Virus record (IMG/VR): IMGVR_UViG_3300028591_000078
Span: 128,001-192,000 of that record
Length of the DNA stretch: 64,000 nucleotides
Strand: one strand, 5' to 3'
Source: a virus
Lineage: Duplodnaviria > Caudoviricetes
Position numbers and translations under genes: made by a program. Below the pieces are notes generated by a model. That model worked only from the letters and a program-made list of their open reading frames with translations. It ran no database searches and was not told the origin of the DNA. This document shows, piece after piece, positions 60,159-64,000 of this stretch (positions within the stretch are counted from its first letter, which is position 1; each line of letters begins with the position of its first letter).

Positions 60159-60860
60159 TTAGAATAGCTTGTTGAATCCTCTCTTGACTGTGTATATATT
60201 ATAGTATAAGTATACAAGAGAGAAGAATGCCCTAGTACAAGCTTCAATGAATTGATATTCTTCCTGATTCTCAAAGTCAAGAAGATATTCATTGTATTCA
60301 GGTTTAACTTTACTGAGCTGTAATACTAAGCATCCATTTATAGATATACCTTTATTTACATAAAGCATATATCTATATGCTGCTAACTGTAAGAAGTACT
60401 TATATCCTACATGGTTAGAAGTCTTAAAGTCAATAAGATATACTTTATCATCTATAGATACAAGCATATCATAAGTACCACCGAAATATGGACATACAAG
60501 TTTCTCTTCTTGTCCTAATATACTCACTTTATGATTCATATTGAGTTTATTCCACCATACCATGAATGCTTGGAATGATATATTATCCTTGTCAACTTTA
60601 TCTTTCTGATCTTCAGAGAAGAATTTCTCTATGTTACTATGAGCTGCTGTGCCTATATTAGAAGCTTCGGTCATTATATCTGCATATCTTTTATGCTTGA
60701 CCAAACCCATATAGTTAGCCCATCCAAGAAGATCAGCCATATCTATAAAACTTAATATTTCTGTAACTCTCGGTACTGGAATTCCATCAAAAGTATAATG
60801 TGGGTCTCTAATCTCCATAGGATTAGAGTCTATCATCTTAAGTATATCCTCATTTTTCAT
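60159..60860 (-). CDS. PD-(D/E)xK exonuclease (RecB/Cas4-superfamily phage exonuclease)
   Basis: PRVTEIL, GT..H..IE, E..L...GGTYD...LIDFKTS, QLAAY. Confidence 0.85.
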   Translation of the reverse strand: MKNEDILKMIDSNPMEIRDPHYTFDGIPVPRVTEILSFIDMADLLGWANYMGLVKHKRYADIMTEASNIGTAAHSNIEKFFSEDQKDKVDKDNISFQAFMVWWNKLNMNHKVSILGQEEKLVCPYFGGTYDMLVSIDDKVYLIDFKTSNHVGYKYFLQLAAYRYMLYVNKGISINGCLVLQLSKVKPEYNEYLLDFENQEEYQFIEACTRAFFSLVYLYYNIYTVKRGFNKLF

Positions 60861-60952
60861 CCATATTACCTCCGAATTTATTACTAAAAGTTGATGGACA
60901 TGCAAAAAATAAACATGGCATGAAAGCCATGTTTATTTATATTCCTCCTCTC

Positions 60953-61972
60953 TTACGGCATCTGAATACCATATGTATTGAGAAGCTCTACAGCTGCATC
61001 ATAACGTTTCTTGGCTTTTTCGGCAGACTGATATTTCTTGCAGAAATCTGAATCATAGTTCCACTGGTATACAAATAAGTATTCTGCTTTTGCTTCTCTC
61101 TGAAGTTTCTTTGGCAGCTTAAGCAGATTTGGATATCTAAGCGGAGGCTTATTAATATGATAGCCACCTCTATAGTCAGCGTTTATCTGCATAAAGTCAG
61201 TACCCGCAAATTCACCTGTTTTCCAGGACATATATGTCACCTTATCTTCCTCTTTTTTAGGAGTCGACTCTGTATGTGAAGATGAAGTCTGAGCAGCCCT
61301 AAATTCAGACTCCCTACGCATAAGTGTGGTATTAGAAATACCATACTTAGTACATATCTCCTTACGAGGAGTACCCTTGCGAAGTTCTTCATAGATTAGC
61401 CCTTTGTCTACAAGAGTGTGCTTCTTCTTAGGAGGGGTAGATACTTCTGTAGGAGTTACATCTATAACAGGTGCTATAGATGTAGTCTCTATAGTGACAG
61501 GAGCAATCTCTTCTACTACTTCAGGTTTAGTAATATCTTTGAGGATATTACGCTTGTTGGAAATTACAGGATCTCCATTAAGCTCTGATAGAGCCTGATC
61601 GAGCTGATCTTTAAGCAACTTTATAGCTTTCATTGTCGGAGCTTTGAGAGCTTCCTGATGAGGTGATACAGTTACATCTCCCACTTCTACTGTAATCATC
61701 TGCATTACCAGGAGTTCTCTGAGTGTATCACTCTCATCAGCATACCACACTCTATTCTTCACGTTAAATGATGAGAGTGACTTCTGTGGGACAATCCAAA
61801 TTACTCCAAGGAATTTGGACACCCAACTGGGAGACAGAACCACATAAGGTCTACCAGCTTTCTTTGCCAGGATTGTGGTGTTATCCTGGCTGCGAATATC
61901 GAGCTCTTTCTTAAACAGAGAGCCTTCTTTAGGGAACACTAAAGTTCCCGGGTAAATAGTTGTATTTGTCAT
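60953..61972 (-). CDS. PemK/MazF-like N-terminal domain fused to HTH
   Basis: PG.LV...K..RPYVVLS...IWIVP...QM.TV; IYEELRKG...ICTKYGIS.TTL.RR. Confidence 0.55.
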   Translation of the reverse strand: MTNTTIYPGTLVFPKEGSLFKKELDIRSQDNTTILAKKAGRPYVVLSPSWVSKFLGVIWIVPQKSLSSFNVKNRVWYADESDTLRELLVMQMITVEVGDVTVSPHQEALKAPTMKAIKLLKDQLDQALSELNGDPVISNKRNILKDITKPEVVEEIAPVTIETTSIAPVIDVTPTEVSTPPKKKHTLVDKGLIYEELRKGTPRKEICTKYGISNTTLMRRESEFRAAQTSSSHTESTPKKEEDKVTYMSWKTGEFAGTDFMQINADYRGGYHINKPPLRYPNLLKLPKKLQREAKAEYLFVYQWNYDSDFCKKYQSAEKAKKRYDAAVELLNTYGIQMP

Positions 61973-61986
61973 TTTGAAATCCTCCC

Positions 61987-63072
61987 TTATCCTTGAGATT
62001 TATATTTGTCATCTATATACTCTTTTGCCGAATTGTATATATCTGTAAAAGAGTACTGGTGCATATAATAACTATAGCTTACTCCATCATTCATTATGGA
62101 TTCTCTCGAACAGCCTCTAAGTGATGTCATTCGATGTTTTGATTGTTGTTTAGACAACCTCTTGATTTCATCCCTGATGCTCTCAGCTTCGCACCTATGA
62201 AGCCATAAATATTGATCAAGAGCTTCTTGCTTTGCTTTCTGGGCTTTGTACTTTTCTTCCTGCTCTTTTTCAAAGAGCTCTCTTTCAGCCTTCTCAGAAA
62301 GCTTCTTGGTCGCTAAAGCATCTTTTAAAGATGCAAAGTTTTCTTCAGTAATACAATTACCAAAGAATTTATATATCTCTTCACATTCCTTTCTTTTAGC
62401 TTTCCAACCATCAGGGATTGGAAATGCAAAGTCCCAGAAACTTAAAGAGTAGACATACTTTTGTTTCATCTTCTTATACTCTTCACCATTATTAGCAAAG
62501 AGATATTCTAGATGTATTATGTCATTCCTACTCAGCATGCTGGTATCTTGTGGCATCTCTCCACGATCTAAACAATCACGGATTGCATTATTTTCCCGAA
62601 CTACTTTATCTTCGATGTAATTTAAATAATCTTTGTTAGAGTATTTCAGGGTAAATTTGAAATTATATGGAACTGTTATTGCTCCGATTCCGATAAGAGC
62701 AGTAATATACTCCAGAGTATTCAACTCCTCATCGATCGAGTTGAAATTATACGGAGTTTTATTATTATTGAAGTGATCAAGAACCTTCAATGTTTTTGGG
62801 AGTTCTTCGTTGCAGAATTCCTTTAGAGTGCCGCTATATCTAGCGGCCAACGGGAGTAGAAATGTGGCCTGGAGTATTTTCTTCTTAATACTATTTACAT
62901 CATTAGTATTAGACATATCTTGATCGCCTGTACGATATCTTCTCCACATTATATCGTAAAACTTATTGATCATGTATGTCAAATTTACATTTAGATCCAT
63001 GCAAGCTTCTATTAGTGTTATATCTCCCAATTTGGCTATGCATTTTTTTAGGTCTATACTTACAGTTTCCAT
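61987..63072 (-). CDS. Hypothetical protein
   Basis: RBS AAGGAG; 361 aa. Confidence 0.7.
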   Translation of the reverse strand: METVSIDLKKCIAKLGDITLIEACMDLNVNLTYMINKFYDIMWRRYRTGDQDMSNTNDVNSIKKKILQATFLLPLAARYSGTLKEFCNEELPKTLKVLDHFNNNKTPYNFNSIDEELNTLEYITALIGIGAITVPYNFKFTLKYSNKDYLNYIEDKVVRENNAIRDCLDRGEMPQDTSMLSRNDIIHLEYLFANNGEEYKKMKQKYVYSLSFWDFAFPIPDGWKAKRKECEEIYKFFGNCITEENFASLKDALATKKLSEKAERELFEKEQEEKYKAQKAKQEALDQYLWLHRCEAESIRDEIKRLSKQQSKHRMTSLRGCSRESIMNDGVSYSYYMHQYSFTDIYNSAKEYIDDKYKSQG

Positions 63073-63208
63073 AGTATGACTTTACTCCTTTCGGTTTTGT
63101 AATATGAGTTGACAATCTCATATCCACCTATATATTATATAAATGAAAATATCGAGTTTAACTAATCTTAAAACTTACCAGTAATAATGGAAAGGGAGTC
63201 TTATACTT

Positions 63209-64000
63209 ATGAATTTTGGTATGAATCCGTTCATTCATATTGATGCAGAACCAGTAAAGAGAGGAACCTTAACAGAGGTTCATATTTCAGATATTCACTT
63301 TGGTGTATTTGATCCCAAGGTTCAATTTGATATATTATCAGAGCAATTCTTAGCAAAGATTGCTCCATTACATTTCGATGTAGTATCTGTAGATGGAGAT
63401 CTATTTGACCACAAGTTTTTATCAAATTCAGATGCAGTAATGTATGCAACTAAGTTTGTTGAAGCATTGGTGTGGTTATGTAGAGGCAATGGTGCTACTT
63501 TAGTATTACTCCATGGGACAGAGTCTCATGATGCTAGACAGTTAAAATTATTCTATCACTATCTTGGAACTCCAGGATTAGATATAAGAATAGTAGAAAC
63601 TGCAAGGTTTGAAGATATAAAAGGTATGAGAGTATTATGCTTACCCGAAGAATATGGAAAAGGTAAAGCATATTATCAGAGATTCTTATATGGGTCAGGA
63701 CTCTATGATACTGTGTTTATGCATGGTAATCTTAAAGGTGGATTATTTGGAGCAAATGAAGAAGATCTTGATGCAGTTAAGAATCCTACATTTGATATTA
63801 ATAGCTTTGGATTATGTACAGGTCCTATAATTGCAGGGCATGTACACATAGCAGGATGTTTTGATAAGTATATGTATTATAATGGATCTCCATATAGATG
63901 GAACTTTGGTGAAGAACAGCCTAAGGGATTCATGATAATACTTCATAATCTAGATACTGGTGAGCATTATGCTCACTTTGAAGAGATTACATCATTTAGA
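63209..64000 (+). CDS. SbcD/Mre11-like metallophosphoesterase nuclease, truncated by window edge, not in ORF track
   Basis: HISDIHFG, GDLFD, HGT.SHD, MHG, GHVH, YNGSP...FGEE..KGF motifs. Confidence 0.88.
   Translation, partial: MNFGMNPFIHIDAEPVKRGTLTEVHISDIHFGVFDPKVQFDILSEQFLAKIAPLHFDVVSVDGDLFDHKFLSNSDAVMYATKFVEALVWLCRGNGATLVLLHGTESHDARQLKLFYHYLGTPGLDIRIVETARFEDIKGMRVLCLPEEYGKGKAYYQRFLYGSGLYDTVFMHGNLKGGLFGANEEDLDAVKNPTFDINSFGLCTGPIIAGHVHIAGCFDKYMYYNGSPYRWNFGEEQPKGFMIILHNLDTGEHYAHFEEITSFR

Noticed and set aside
60159-60860. Cas4 adaptation nuclease linked to the array
   Set aside because: Lacks the four-Cys Fe-S cluster pattern, lies 59 kb away and fits a common phage exonuclease
1399-64000. 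Alternative genetic code, tRNA genes or introns in RNAP genes
   Set aside because: Genes are intact and densely packed under the standard code, no cloverleaf was recognised, and the RNAP ORFs appear uninterrupted

Overview
AT-rich segment of a jumbo myophage of the AR9/PBS1/phiKZ-like type, probably infecting a Gram-positive (Firmicutes-type) host, judging by strong AGGAGG RBSs, an amidase endolysin and a CD1375/XkdX-like gene. It encodes split beta' subunits of two multisubunit RNA polymerases (virion and non-virion). Structural genes include baseplate and tail genes, a 2852-aa repeat-rich tail fibre and a lysis cassette. Other genes include RNase HI, an SbcD/Mre11-like nuclease, a PD-(D/E)xK exonuclease, a kinase-like protein, a stand-alone NrdD glycyl-radical domain, an AcrIII-1 (DUF1874) ring-nuclease homologue and tandem paralogous accessory genes. 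Two promoter classes can be read directly: early TATATAYTATA-N3-RTG and late AACA-N6-TA. The most striking feature is a non-coding array at 1-1334, cut by the window edge. It has 38 units of about 35 bp, each made of two different short repeats separated by two variable 8-nt spacers, and an early-type promoter points into it. This dual-repeat/dual-spacer layout resembles TIGR guide-RNA arrays, but the repeats differ and no effector gene is visible in the window. Several orphan promoter-terminator units suggest further small RNAs, some carrying anti-SD sequences. All protein calls come from motif recognition by eye; no searches were run.
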